From: Methanoculleus chikugoensis
GTDB taxonomy: Archaea; Halobacteriota; Methanomicrobia; Methanomicrobiales; Methanoculleaceae
DNA: 24,000 nucleotides
NCBI RefSeq assembly: GCF_019669965.1
Contig: NZ_AP019781.1
Span: forward strand, 1,527,092 to 1,551,091
Direction of reading: 5' to 3'
Shown here piece by piece: positions 8,615 through 15,929 of the stretch. The first letter of the stretch is position 1. Every line of letters starts with the position of its first letter. The translations under genes and the position numbers were made by a program. A model generated the notes under the pieces. The model made no database searches and was not told the DNA's origin. It was given only the letters and a program-made list of their open reading frames with translations.

Positions 8615-9393
8615 TGCTCTACCGGGAACTGCCGATCGTCAGGGTCGACGACGAGACGTTCGTCCCCGCAACCCACCCCGTCGTCGAGGAGATGCCGCTC
8701 TCCGTGACCGTCAACGGGCGCCACGCCCTCACCGCGATGACGAGCCCGGCGATGATCCGGGAGTTCGTCGTGGGATTCCTCTACACGGAGCGGATCGTCA
8801 GGGATCTCGCGGAGATCGAGTCGATCCGGATCGAGGGGAATACCGCGAGCGTCCTCACGAAGAACCCGTTCGCGATCCTGACCTCCCACAAGACCGTCCT
8901 CTCCGGGTGCGGCGGGAGCACCTCGTTCCTCGATGCCGGTCACCTCCCCACTATACGCTCCGACCTCACCCTCGCGCCCGAGACGATCCGGGCGGCGACA
9001 AAAGAGACGCTTGACTCGGACCTTCACCGGATCACCGGCGGCATTCACCTCGTCGGACTCTTCGACGCCGAAGGCAGAGCGATCCGGATCGCCGAGGATA
9101 TCGGCCGGCACAACGCGCTCGACCGGGTCGTCGGCCACGGCCTGCTTGAGCAGATCGATTTCTCCCGGACGTTTGCGGTCAGCTCCGGCCGGATATCCTC
9201 CGAGATGGTCAGGAAGTGCCTGGTCGCGAACATCCCGGTGATCGTCTCGCGGGGGGCGACGACCACCACCGCCGTCGAGGCCGCAGAGGCGGGCGGGCTC
9301 ACGATCGTCGGGTTCGTGCGGAGCAAAAAGATGAACATCTATACCGGGTGGGAGCGGGTCCGCGGCGCTTCGCAGGCGACCGCAGGCGAGTGA
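8614..9393 (+). CDS. fdhD: FdhD sulfurtransferase (formate dehydrogenase-family Mo/W cofactor sulfuration)
   Basis: 259 aa with SGCGG and GRHNALDRVVG motifs and the length typical of FdhD. Its ATG overlaps the preceding stop (TGATG). Confidence 0.85.
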   Translation: MLYRELPIVRVDDETFVPATHPVVEEMPLSVTVNGRHALTAMTSPAMIREFVVGFLYTERIVRDLAEIESIRIEGNTASVLTKNPFAILTSHKTVLSGCGGSTSFLDAGHLPTIRSDLTLAPETIRAATKETLDSDLHRITGGIHLVGLFDAEGRAIRIAEDIGRHNALDRVVGHGLLEQIDFSRTFAVSSGRISSEMVRKCLVANIPVIVSRGATTTTAVEAAEAGGLTIVGFVRSKKMNIYTGWERVRGASQATAGE

Positions 9394-9513
9394 CCGGAGG
9401 GGCGGTCCCTTGCCCTGCCCGCCCGGTCGAACAACGGCTTCCATCGGCCGGAGAGATCTGCTGAACGCTTCTGCTCTGCAGTGCCGGGTTTCACGGACAC
9501 TGGCGAAAAATTT

Positions 9514-9557
9514 TGAAAAATCTGATTTTTCAGAAATTTTAGATCCCCATAAATACC
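9514..9557 (+). promoter_or_regulatory. AT-rich promoter region with a 9-1-9 palindrome TGAAAAATC-T-GATTTTTCA and a TATA-like ATAAATA
   Basis: The palindrome at 9514-9532 was read directly. The TATA-like box at 9549-9555 lies about 35 nt upstream of the ATG at 9588. This is the only strongly AT-rich stretch between fdhD and the AbrB-like gene. Confidence 0.5.
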
Positions 9558-9587
9558 ACCGCTCCCAACCATAGTACGAGAAACACT

Positions 9588-9878
9588 ATGGCAGAGGAGA
9601 ATACCGATCCGGAACGGTGTCCGTCAGATGGGACGCCGTGCGGGTGCAATCATGCTGCCGTCTGCAGCGTGGAGGCGGTGCTCAGCGTGGACGAGCGCGG
9701 GCAGATGGTGCTGCCGAAAGACGTTCGGGAAAAGGCGGGTATCCGGCCCGGCGACAAACTGGCGCTGATCACCTGGGAGAAGGACGGCGAGGTCTGCTGC
9801 CTTGCGCTGATGAAGGCCGGAAGCCTCAGTGGGATGGTCAGGAGCGTCCTCGGGCCGCTGATCGAGGAGGCGAAGTGA
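9588..9878 (+). CDS. AbrB/SpoVT-domain protein with a Cys-rich N-terminus (HgcAB-associated, HgcC-like)
   Basis: SpoVT/AbrB-like segment VDERGQMVLPKDVREKAGIRPGDKLALI. N-terminal CPSDGTPCGCNHAAVC and an internal CC. It lies immediately upstream of hgcA. Confidence 0.75.
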   Translation: MAEENTDPERCPSDGTPCGCNHAAVCSVEAVLSVDERGQMVLPKDVREKAGIRPGDKLALITWEKDGEVCCLALMKAGSLSGMVRSVLGPLIEEAK

Positions 9879-9882
9879 AGTC

Positions 9883-10929
9883 ATGACATCCCCGTCACGG
9901 TCATGCTGCCCGTCCTGCCCGGAGACGGTTCAGCCGGCCTCCGGGCCGGTGCAGGAGATCCGGACGACGGACAGCAGGATCACGCTCGCCGATCGCCTCG
10001 ATCACTTCCTCGCGCGCTTCGGGGTGAACCGGATGGGCCACCGCGTCGAGCCGGGGCTCTACCGGCTCGGGAACCCGACCGAGGACTCCCCGGTCTTCGT
10101 CTCCGCAAACTACACCCTGAGTTTCGATGCGCTCCGGTCCGCGCTCTCCGGCCGCGACGGCTACATCCTCGTTCTCGACACGCTCGGGATCAACGTCTGG
10201 TGCGCCGCGGGGAAGGGGACCTTCGGCACCGACGAGATCGTCCGGAGAATAGCGCTCACCGGTCTTGAGTCCGTCGTGAGGCACCGGACGCTCATCGTCC
10301 CGCAGCTCGGCGCCCCGGGCGTCTCCGCCCACGAAGTGCTACGGCGTTCGAGGTTCGAGGTGGAGTACGGGCCCGTGCGGGCGAGCGACCTCCCGGAGTA
10401 CCTCGCCCTCGGGAGAGCAACGCCCGATATGCGGCGCGTCCGCTTCCCGGCCGTCGACCGGCTCGTGCTCGCGCCGATGGAACTCGTCCACGCCGCGCTT
10501 CCGACCGTTGCAGGCGCGATCGTGCTCTACCTCCTCGCGGGCCTCCCGGCAGCGCTCGGAGCAGTCGCCGCGGTTCTCGCCGGAACGGTGCTCTTCCCGG
10601 CCCTGCTGCCGTTCATTCCCACCCGGGACTTCAGCACGAAAGGGCTCATCCTCGGGGGAATCGTCGCCCTTCCCTTCTCAGCCGCCTTCTTCGTTGAGAC
10701 TGCCGCGTCCGGGTGGGCCGGGGTGCTTGCCGCGTTCGCACCTCTCCTCCTCATGCCCCCCGTAACCGCATACCTCGCGCTCAACTTCACCGGCTCGACC
10801 CCGTTCACGTCGAGGACCGGTGTGAAGCGGGAGATCTTCCGGTACGTGCCGTTCATGGCGGGAATGGCGGTCCTGGGAGCCGCCCTTGCCGCCGTCCTCG
10901 GGACGGCGCACCTCCTGGGGGCGGTCTGA
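9883..10929 (+). CDS. hgcA: HgcA, corrinoid protein of the mercury methylation system
   Basis: Diagnostic cap-helix signature GINVWCAAGKGTFGT. The N-terminal soluble corrinoid-binding-like domain is followed by a long hydrophobic C-terminal half with several predicted TM helices. Confidence 0.9.
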   Translation: MTSPSRSCCPSCPETVQPASGPVQEIRTTDSRITLADRLDHFLARFGVNRMGHRVEPGLYRLGNPTEDSPVFVSANYTLSFDALRSALSGRDGYILVLDTLGINVWCAAGKGTFGTDEIVRRIALTGLESVVRHRTLIVPQLGAPGVSAHEVLRRSRFEVEYGPVRASDLPEYLALGRATPDMRRVRFPAVDRLVLAPMELVHAALPTVAGAIVLYLLAGLPAALGAVAAVLAGTVLFPALLPFIPTRDFSTKGLILGGIVALPFSAAFFVETAASGWAGVLAAFAPLLLMPPVTAYLALNFTGSTPFTSRTGVKREIFRYVPFMAGMAVLGAALAAVLGTAHLLGAV

Positions 10930-11240
10930 TGTTCGACTCCTACCGCGAGAATACCCTCCGCTACAACCCGGAGCGGTGCTTCGGCTGCCTGCGGTGCACC
11001 GAGGTCTGCCCGCACGGGGTCTTTGCCGAGGGAAACCGGCGGGTCGAGGTCGTTCGGCCGGAGGAGTGCATGGAGTGCGGGGCGTGCGCCCGAAACTGTC
11101 CGGTGCAGGCGATTGCGGTGCAGAGCGGAGTCGGGTGCGCCTGGGCGATGATCGGGGCGGCTCTCCGGGGTAAGGATATGGACAGCGGCACCTGCGGCTG
11201 CGGGGGAGACGAAGGATCCTGCTGCGGCGGCGACCGGTGA
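10929..11240 (+). CDS. hgcB: HgcB, 2x[4Fe-4S] ferredoxin partner of HgcA
   Basis: True start MFDSYRENTL; its ATG overlaps the hgcA stop (TGATG). Two ferredoxin motifs, CFGCLRCTEVCP and CMECGACARNCP, and a Cys-rich tail CGCGGDEGSCCGG. Confidence 0.88.
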   Translation: MFDSYRENTLRYNPERCFGCLRCTEVCPHGVFAEGNRRVEVVRPEECMECGACARNCPVQAIAVQSGVGCAWAMIGAALRGKDMDSGTCGCGGDEGSCCGGDR

Positions 11241-11246
11241 GACCTT

Positions 11247-12164
11247 CTACTCACCGTCCCGCCCGAGCAGCCTGCAGACCTGGCAGACCTCGCCGCTCGT
11301 GAGTTCGCCGCAGATGCGGCAGGTGGAGAGCGCCTTCGCCGGCTCCGCGGAACGAGCCGAACGCCTGACCCCGTCGCGGAACCGCATAAGGCGGAGCATC
11401 GTTCCCGGGTGGCGGTGTTCGAGCCCCGCAAGCATCGTGCGCACCTCCGACCGGAGCGCCGTCCCGGCGTAGGGGCACTCGGGCAGGTCGCGGAAGTAAC
11501 CGCGGAGGAGGAGGTAGGTCACGATCTCCTTCTCGGAGAGGACGGCGAGCGGTTTTATCCGCGGGACGAAGTGCCCGGGCTGCCCGGTCGAGGTGTCCTG
11601 GAGAAGGCGGGGGAGGTCGCCGCGGAGGACGTTCATCAGAACCGACTGCGCCTCGTCGTCGAGGTTATGGCCGGTGGCGAGTTTCGTCGCGCCGGTCCTC
11701 TTCACCGCCTCGCCGAGCGCCCGCCTGCGCAGCACGCCGCAGACGGTGCAGCCCTGCGCCTCTCTTCCGACGAGCATTGCATCGAGGTCTTTCCCGAAGA
11801 GGTCGGCGAACGTGACGATCGCGTGCTCGACGCCGAGTTCGCCCGTCAGGTCTCGTGCGGCCCTGAGGGTCTCCTCCCGGTAGCCCGCGATCCCTTCGTC
11901 GATGGTGATCGCGACCAGACTCGCGCCGAGTGTGGGGAGGATGGGGTGGAGCAGCAGGAGCAGGGCGGTGCTGTCTTTTCCCCCGCTCAGGCCGACGGCG
12001 ACCCGGTCGCCCGGCGAGATCATGCGGTCGTGCTTCATGGCGACGAGGACGCGGGTTTCGGCGTCCTCGATGAAGTGGCCGGCGCAGAGCCGCCGCTCCG
12101 GCTCAGTGAGGCGGACGACCGCAGGTTCGCCGCAGAGGGAGCACCGGTTCTCCGCCGAAGTCAT
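11247..12164 (-). CDS. ttuA: TtuA/Ncs6(NcsA)-family PP-loop tRNA 2-thiolation enzyme
   Basis: 305 aa. N-terminal Zn finger CSLCG...CAGH, PP-loop GLSGGKDS, cluster cysteines GCTVCG and ECPY, and C-terminal Zn finger CRICG...CQVC. Confidence 0.82.
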   Translation of the reverse strand: MTSAENRCSLCGEPAVVRLTEPERRLCAGHFIEDAETRVLVAMKHDRMISPGDRVAVGLSGGKDSTALLLLLHPILPTLGASLVAITIDEGIAGYREETLRAARDLTGELGVEHAIVTFADLFGKDLDAMLVGREAQGCTVCGVLRRRALGEAVKRTGATKLATGHNLDDEAQSVLMNVLRGDLPRLLQDTSTGQPGHFVPRIKPLAVLSEKEIVTYLLLRGYFRDLPECPYAGTALRSEVRTMLAGLEHRHPGTMLRLMRFRDGVRRSARSAEPAKALSTCRICGELTSGEVCQVCRLLGRDGE

Positions 12165-12168
12165 CGGC

Positions 12169-12363
12169 TCACCCGCCGTGCGAGAACCGGAGGATCCTGA
12201 GCTCGTCGCCTTCGGTCGCCGTCACGTCTTCGGGGACGATCTTGCCGTTCTTCACGACGATAACGGTCGTCGGATTGATGCCGAACTCGAGGAGGATCTC
12301 TTCTATCGGCGCGGAGGTACAGGAAAGAGTCCGCACGCTCCTGTCCGGGAGGATGATCTGCAT
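12169..12363 (-). CDS. ThiS/TtuB-like ubiquitin-like sulfur carrier (C-terminal GG)
   Basis: The ATG at 12363 gives 64 aa, MQIILPDRS...GDELRILRFSHGG. It lies 4 nt upstream of ttuA. The longer track ORF (to 12480) runs through promoter-like AT-rich sequence. Confidence 0.78.
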   Translation of the reverse strand: MQIILPDRSVRTLSCTSAPIEEILLEFGINPTTVIVVKNGKIVPEDVTATEGDELRILRFSHGG

Positions 12364-12483
12364 ACTGTACGTGAGTGTTGGTTCCACCGCCCCATAAATA
12401 TCCTCAAGGTTCAGGGGCGGAATGTAACCGGATCTACAGCGACAACAAGAAATATATGGATCTCCCGGAGATCCGTACACAAG

Positions 12484-12497
12484 TTAACAATTGTTAA
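12484..12497. promoter_or_regulatory. Operator site B: perfect palindrome TTAACAATTGTTAA
   Basis: Read directly. It lies about 25-30 nt downstream of the TATA-like AAATATAT (12450-12458) and 47 nt upstream of the radical SAM ATG at 12544, in the divergent gap with the ThiS-like/ttuA operon. Confidence 0.65.
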
Positions 12498-12543
12498 GTC
12501 CGCGCCATGGCAGCCACGACAACGGGCGGGAGGGGGAGAACGC

Positions 12544-13558
12544 ATGGACGTCATGACACCTGAAGAGAAAGCATCTCTCGTCAGCATCGGCTCGGCGGGC
12601 ATCGACGAGGCGCTCGGCGGGCATCGACGAGGCGCTCGACGCGGATCTCCTCCCGACGACGGCGACGGCGGGGCCGGGCGCCGGAGGGTCGTCGATCTTC
12701 ATCCGCTCCGGCGACCGGCGCGTCCGCCTCTCCATCAACCCTGCATCGCCGCTCCGGGTCGTCCCGGACGGAGATGGGGTCGCCGTCGTCCGGGACGGGG
12801 AGACGATTGTACGGGGCAGGCTCGAGCGCCCACTCTCCCACTGCCCGGAGCAGGCCTATATCACCGCCAGCGAGCGCTGCATCTACGACTGTAAGTTCTG
12901 CCCGGTGCCGAAACTCGACGGGGCGATCAAGGATACGGAGACGATTATCAGGATGGTCGAGGCGGCTGCCGCCGGCGGGGGCCTCTCTGCAATCTCCCTC
13001 ACGAGCGGCGTCGCCGAATCGCCGGAGCGGGAGGTGGAGCGGGTGGCGGCCGTGGTGAAAGCGCTCCGGGAGCGGTTCGACCTCCCGATCGGGGTCTCGG
13101 TCTACCCGACCGCGGCCTCGACCGCGGTCCTCCGCGCTGCCGGTGCCGACGAGATCAAGTACAACGTCGAGACGATGGACCCAGGCCTCTTCGCCCGGGT
13201 CTGCCCCGGCCTCTCCCTTCCGTTCATCCTCGACGCACTCGCAGGGGCGGTGGAGGTCTTCGGGAGAAACGCCGTCTTCTCAAACTTCATCATCGGCCTC
13301 GGCGAGGACGACGAGACGGTCAGGGAAGGCGTCGCCCTTCTTGCGAAGATAGGCGTCATCCCCGTCCTCCGGCCGATCTCCGCATCGCCCCTTCGGGCAG
13401 GCGAGATCGCCGTCGAGCGTCCTTCGGCGGAGCGGCTTCTCCGGCTCGCGGCGATGACCCGCGAGATACTGGAGCGGTACGATCTCGACCCGCGGCAAGC
13501 GAGGACGATGTGCCTCCCCTGCACCGGGTGCGATCTCACCCCGTTCCGGGACGTCTGA
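12544..13558 (+). pseudogene. Radical SAM protein (biotin synthase-related, COG2516-like) disrupted by a 22-bp tandem duplication
   Basis: The ATG at 12544 (after the GGGAGGGGGA SD) reads MDVMTPEEKASLVSIGSAGIDEAL and then shifts frame at the duplication. The downstream frame encodes ...ERPLSHCPEQAYITASERCIYDCKFCPV (CxxxCxxC) and continues into the 12905-13558 ORF. Removing one 22-bp copy restores a single ORF. Confidence 0.8.
12591..12634. repeat. Perfect tandem duplication, 2 x 22 bp (CTCGGCGGGCATCGACGAGGCG)
   Basis: Units at 12591-12612 and 12613-12634 are identical. The next 4 nt (CTCG) repeat the start of the unit. A 22-bp unit is not a multiple of 3. Confidence 0.95.
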
Positions 13559-13567
13559 GGCGGGGGC

Positions 13568-13915
13568 TCACCGGGCACACCCATCTTCGCTCTCGTAGCG
13601 CTGCAGGATCGAGAGCGCGGTATCCCGGCCGAGCCGGTCGGTGACGAAGGTGAGAAAGACCTCGACGTGCCCGCAAGGGACGCAGCCGAGGCTCTCGCTC
13701 CCGTCCAGTATCAGCCCGACGAGATACCGGAGGTCATCGTCGTTCAGCCGCTCCAGCCGTTCCCAGAAGTCAGCGAGATCGGCAGCGTAGTGGTTTGCAA
13801 GCGGGGGGAGGATGGACCGGTAGGGCCCTCCCGAACCTGCACAGACCAGCCCCGTGCACTCCGGGGCGGATTTTTTCAGGATCGTCACGTCCCGTTCGGA
13901 TAAGATTCGCGCCAT
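13568..13915 (-). CDS. Small Cys-rich hypothetical protein (115 aa)
   Basis: The ATG at 13915 gives MARILSERDVTILKK.... GC-rich third codon positions look coding. Cysteines occur as CTGLVC, CVPC and a C-terminal GC. No family was recognised. The track ORF start at 14002 lies beyond the operator and promoter. Confidence 0.55.
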   Translation of the reverse strand: MARILSERDVTILKKSAPECTGLVCAGSGGPYRSILPPLANHYAADLADFWERLERLNDDDLRYLVGLILDGSESLGCVPCGHVEVFLTFVTDRLGRDTALSILQRYESEDGCAR

Positions 13916-13951
13916 GGTATCGTCCGGGCACGGCAGCCGGGCCGCACCACA

Positions 13952-13965
13952 TTCACAATTGTTAA
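13952..13965. promoter_or_regulatory. Operator site C: TTCACAATTGTTAA (13/14 match)
   Basis: Read directly. It lies in the divergent gap between the Cys-rich orphan (-) and nadA (+). It overlaps or abuts the TATA-like TTAAGTAAA. Confidence 0.55.
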
Positions 13966-13986
13966 GTAAACACAGGGATAACGGTT

Positions 13987-14955
13987 GTGGACAGGATCGC
14001 ATCGTCGACCGCAGAAAGGGGTTGTGATACCATTTTGTCTTCCAGTCTCGATCAAACCCTCACCGAACAGATTGCCGCGTTGAAAGAGGAGCGTGACGCC
14101 GTCATCCTCGCCCACAACTACCAGATTCCGGCGGTGCAGGAGATCGCCGACCGTGTCGGGGACTCGCTTGAACTCGCACGAGCGGCGGCGGAGTTCGATG
14201 CCGGCGTTATCGTCTTCTGCGGCGTCGACTTCATGGCCGAGACGGCGGCGATCCTATCGCCGGAGAAGACGGTCGTCCTGCCCGCGGCCGACGCCTGCTG
14301 CCCGATGGCGGAGATGATCACCGCCGGCGAGGTCCGGGTGCTCCGCGAGCGGTTCCCGGACGCCGCCGTCGTCGCCTACGTCAACACCTCGGCCGAAGTG
14401 AAAGCGGAGAGCGATATCTGCTGCACCTCCGCAAACGCCGTCGCCGCCGTCGAGTCACTCGACGCGGAAGAGGTGATCTTCCTCCCCGACAGAAATCTCG
14501 GCCGCTACGTCGCGAGGTTCACGGAGAAGAAGATCCTGCCCTGGGACGGCTACTGCATCGTCCACAACCGGATGACGGCCGACAAGGTCGCGGCAGCCCG
14601 CCGTTCCCACCCGGACGCCGGGGTGCTCGTCCACCCCGAATGCCGGCCCGGGGTGATCGACCTCGCCGATCACGTCTTCTCGACCTCGGGGATGGTGCGG
14701 CACGCCTGTGCAAGCCCCCGCAGGGAGTTTGTCATCGGCACCGAGGTCGGGCTCCTCCATCAGCTCGAAAAGAAGTGCCCGGGAAAGGTCTTCTACCCCC
14801 TCTCGAAGCAGGCGGTCTGCGTCAACATGAAGAAGACCGATCTCGCGAAGGTGCTTGCGGCCCTCGAGCGGTTCGAGCCGCGGGTGACGGTCCCGGAGGA
14901 GACCGCCGCCCGGGCGCGGACGGCGATCCAGCGGATGCTGGACCTTCCCCGGTAG
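13987..14955 (+). CDS. nadA: Quinolinate synthase NadA ([4Fe-4S] enzyme)
   Basis: Motifs LKEERDAVILAHNYQ, VGDSLELAR, FCGVDFMAETA and YVNTSAEVKA. The GTG start at 13987 is uncertain; an in-frame TTG at 14035 is an alternative. Confidence 0.88.
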   Translation: MDRIASSTAERGCDTILSSSLDQTLTEQIAALKEERDAVILAHNYQIPAVQEIADRVGDSLELARAAAEFDAGVIVFCGVDFMAETAAILSPEKTVVLPAADACCPMAEMITAGEVRVLRERFPDAAVVAYVNTSAEVKAESDICCTSANAVAAVESLDAEEVIFLPDRNLGRYVARFTEKKILPWDGYCIVHNRMTADKVAAARRSHPDAGVLVHPECRPGVIDLADHVFSTSGMVRHACASPRREFVIGTEVGLLHQLEKKCPGKVFYPLSKQAVCVNMKKTDLAKVLAALERFEPRVTVPEETAARARTAIQRMLDLPR

Positions 14956-14959
14956 TCCC

Positions 14960-15913
14960 TCAGATCTTCCCGAGGGTATCCTGCTGACCGAAGTACCGGT
15001 CCCAGTCCCAGGGCTCGTCGAAGACCTGCACCTCGACGTCCCGGACGCCGTTCACGTCGAGGACCCGGCGCCGGACCCGGTCGGTGAGGTAGTCGACGAG
15101 CGGGCAGGTGGCGGTGGTCAGGACCACCTCCACGAGCACGGAGGAGTCATGAACGGTGATCCCCCTGATCAGGCCGAGGTCGACGACGTCGATCCCGACC
15201 TCCGGGTCGATCACCTCCTTGAGCGCCGCACGGATCCTCTCCTCGAGCGCGATCTCCTCCTGGCGTCTCCCGGCAACCAGGCCCGATCGCTCCACCGCCC
15301 GGAGCCGCTCCTCGATCCGGTTCTGCCTATCAAGCATGCGGCTGACCACCCGGAGCATCGGGTCGGGAAGGTCGCCGCGATCGAGTTTCTCCTGGCCCTT
15401 CCGGCACTTCGGGCCGGCAAGCCTCCCCGGCACGCCCACGACCGTCGCACCGGGGGGGACGGGGTGGACGACGACCGACCCCGCCCCGATCTTTGCCCCT
15501 CGCCCGACGGTGATGGGGCCGAGAACGCTCGCCCCCGACCCGATGATGACGCCGTCCTCGATCGTCGGGTGTCGTTTTGTCTGCTCAAGCGCCGTGCCGC
15601 CGAGCACCACGCCCATGTAGATCAGGACATCGTCCCCGACCTCCGCCGTCTCCCCGATCACGACGCCCGAGCCGTGGTCGATGAAGACCCGGCAGCCGAT
15701 CTTCGCGCCGGGGTGGATCTCGATCCCGGTCAGCGCTCGCGAGATGTGGGAGACGAGCCGGGCTGCAAAGTAGAGCCGGCGGCGGTAGAAGGCATGCGCG
15801 ATCCGGTGCGCCCAGATCGCGTGGAGGCCGGGGTAGCAGCAGATCACCTCGAGCGTCGACCGGGCCGCCGGGTCCTTGTCAAAGACTGTCTGGATGTCTT
15901 CCCTGATGGTCAC
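14960..15913 (-). CDS. cysE: Serine O-acetyltransferase CysE fused to a C-terminal DUF59 (SufT/MIP18-like Fe-S assembly) domain
   Basis: The N-terminal two-thirds are CysE ([19 protein letters not shown], hexapeptide repeats [19 protein letters not shown]...). The C-terminal ~100 aa carry the DUF59 pattern [23 protein letters not shown]...TTATCPL. GTG at 15913 follows a GGGGGATGTGA SD. The track TTG at 15940 overlaps cysK. Confidence 0.82.
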   Translation of the reverse strand: MTIREDIQTVFDKDPAARSTLEVICCYPGLHAIWAHRIAHAFYRRRLYFAARLVSHISRALTGIEIHPGAKIGCRVFIDHGSGVVIGETAEVGDDVLIYMGVVLGGTALEQTKRHPTIEDGVIIGSGASVLGPITVGRGAKIGAGSVVVHPVPPGATVVGVPGRLAGPKCRKGQEKLDRGDLPDPMLRVVSRMLDRQNRIEERLRAVERSGLVAGRRQEEIALEERIRAALKEVIDPEVGIDVVDLGLIRGITVHDSSVLVEVVLTTATCPLVDYLTDRVRRRVLDVNGVRDVEVQVFDEPWDWDRYFGQQDTLGKI

Positions 15914-15929
15914 CGTGTCACATCCCCCG

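Noticed and set aside
11235-11256. 7-bp stem hairpin (CGGTGAG / CTCACCG) spanning the convergent stop codons of hgcB and ttuA
   Set aside because: The stem is short and there is no adjacent oligo-T tract, which is the main archaeal termination signal. It is probably incidental.
11902-12894. 330-aa plus-strand ORF spanning the ttuA antisense strand, the intergenic promoter and the radical SAM 5' end
   Set aside because: It is a chimera. Its 5' two-thirds are antisense to ttuA and the ThiS-like gene and run through the operator and TATA region. Only the portion from the ATG at 12544 is real coding sequence, and after the 22-bp duplication it is out of frame.
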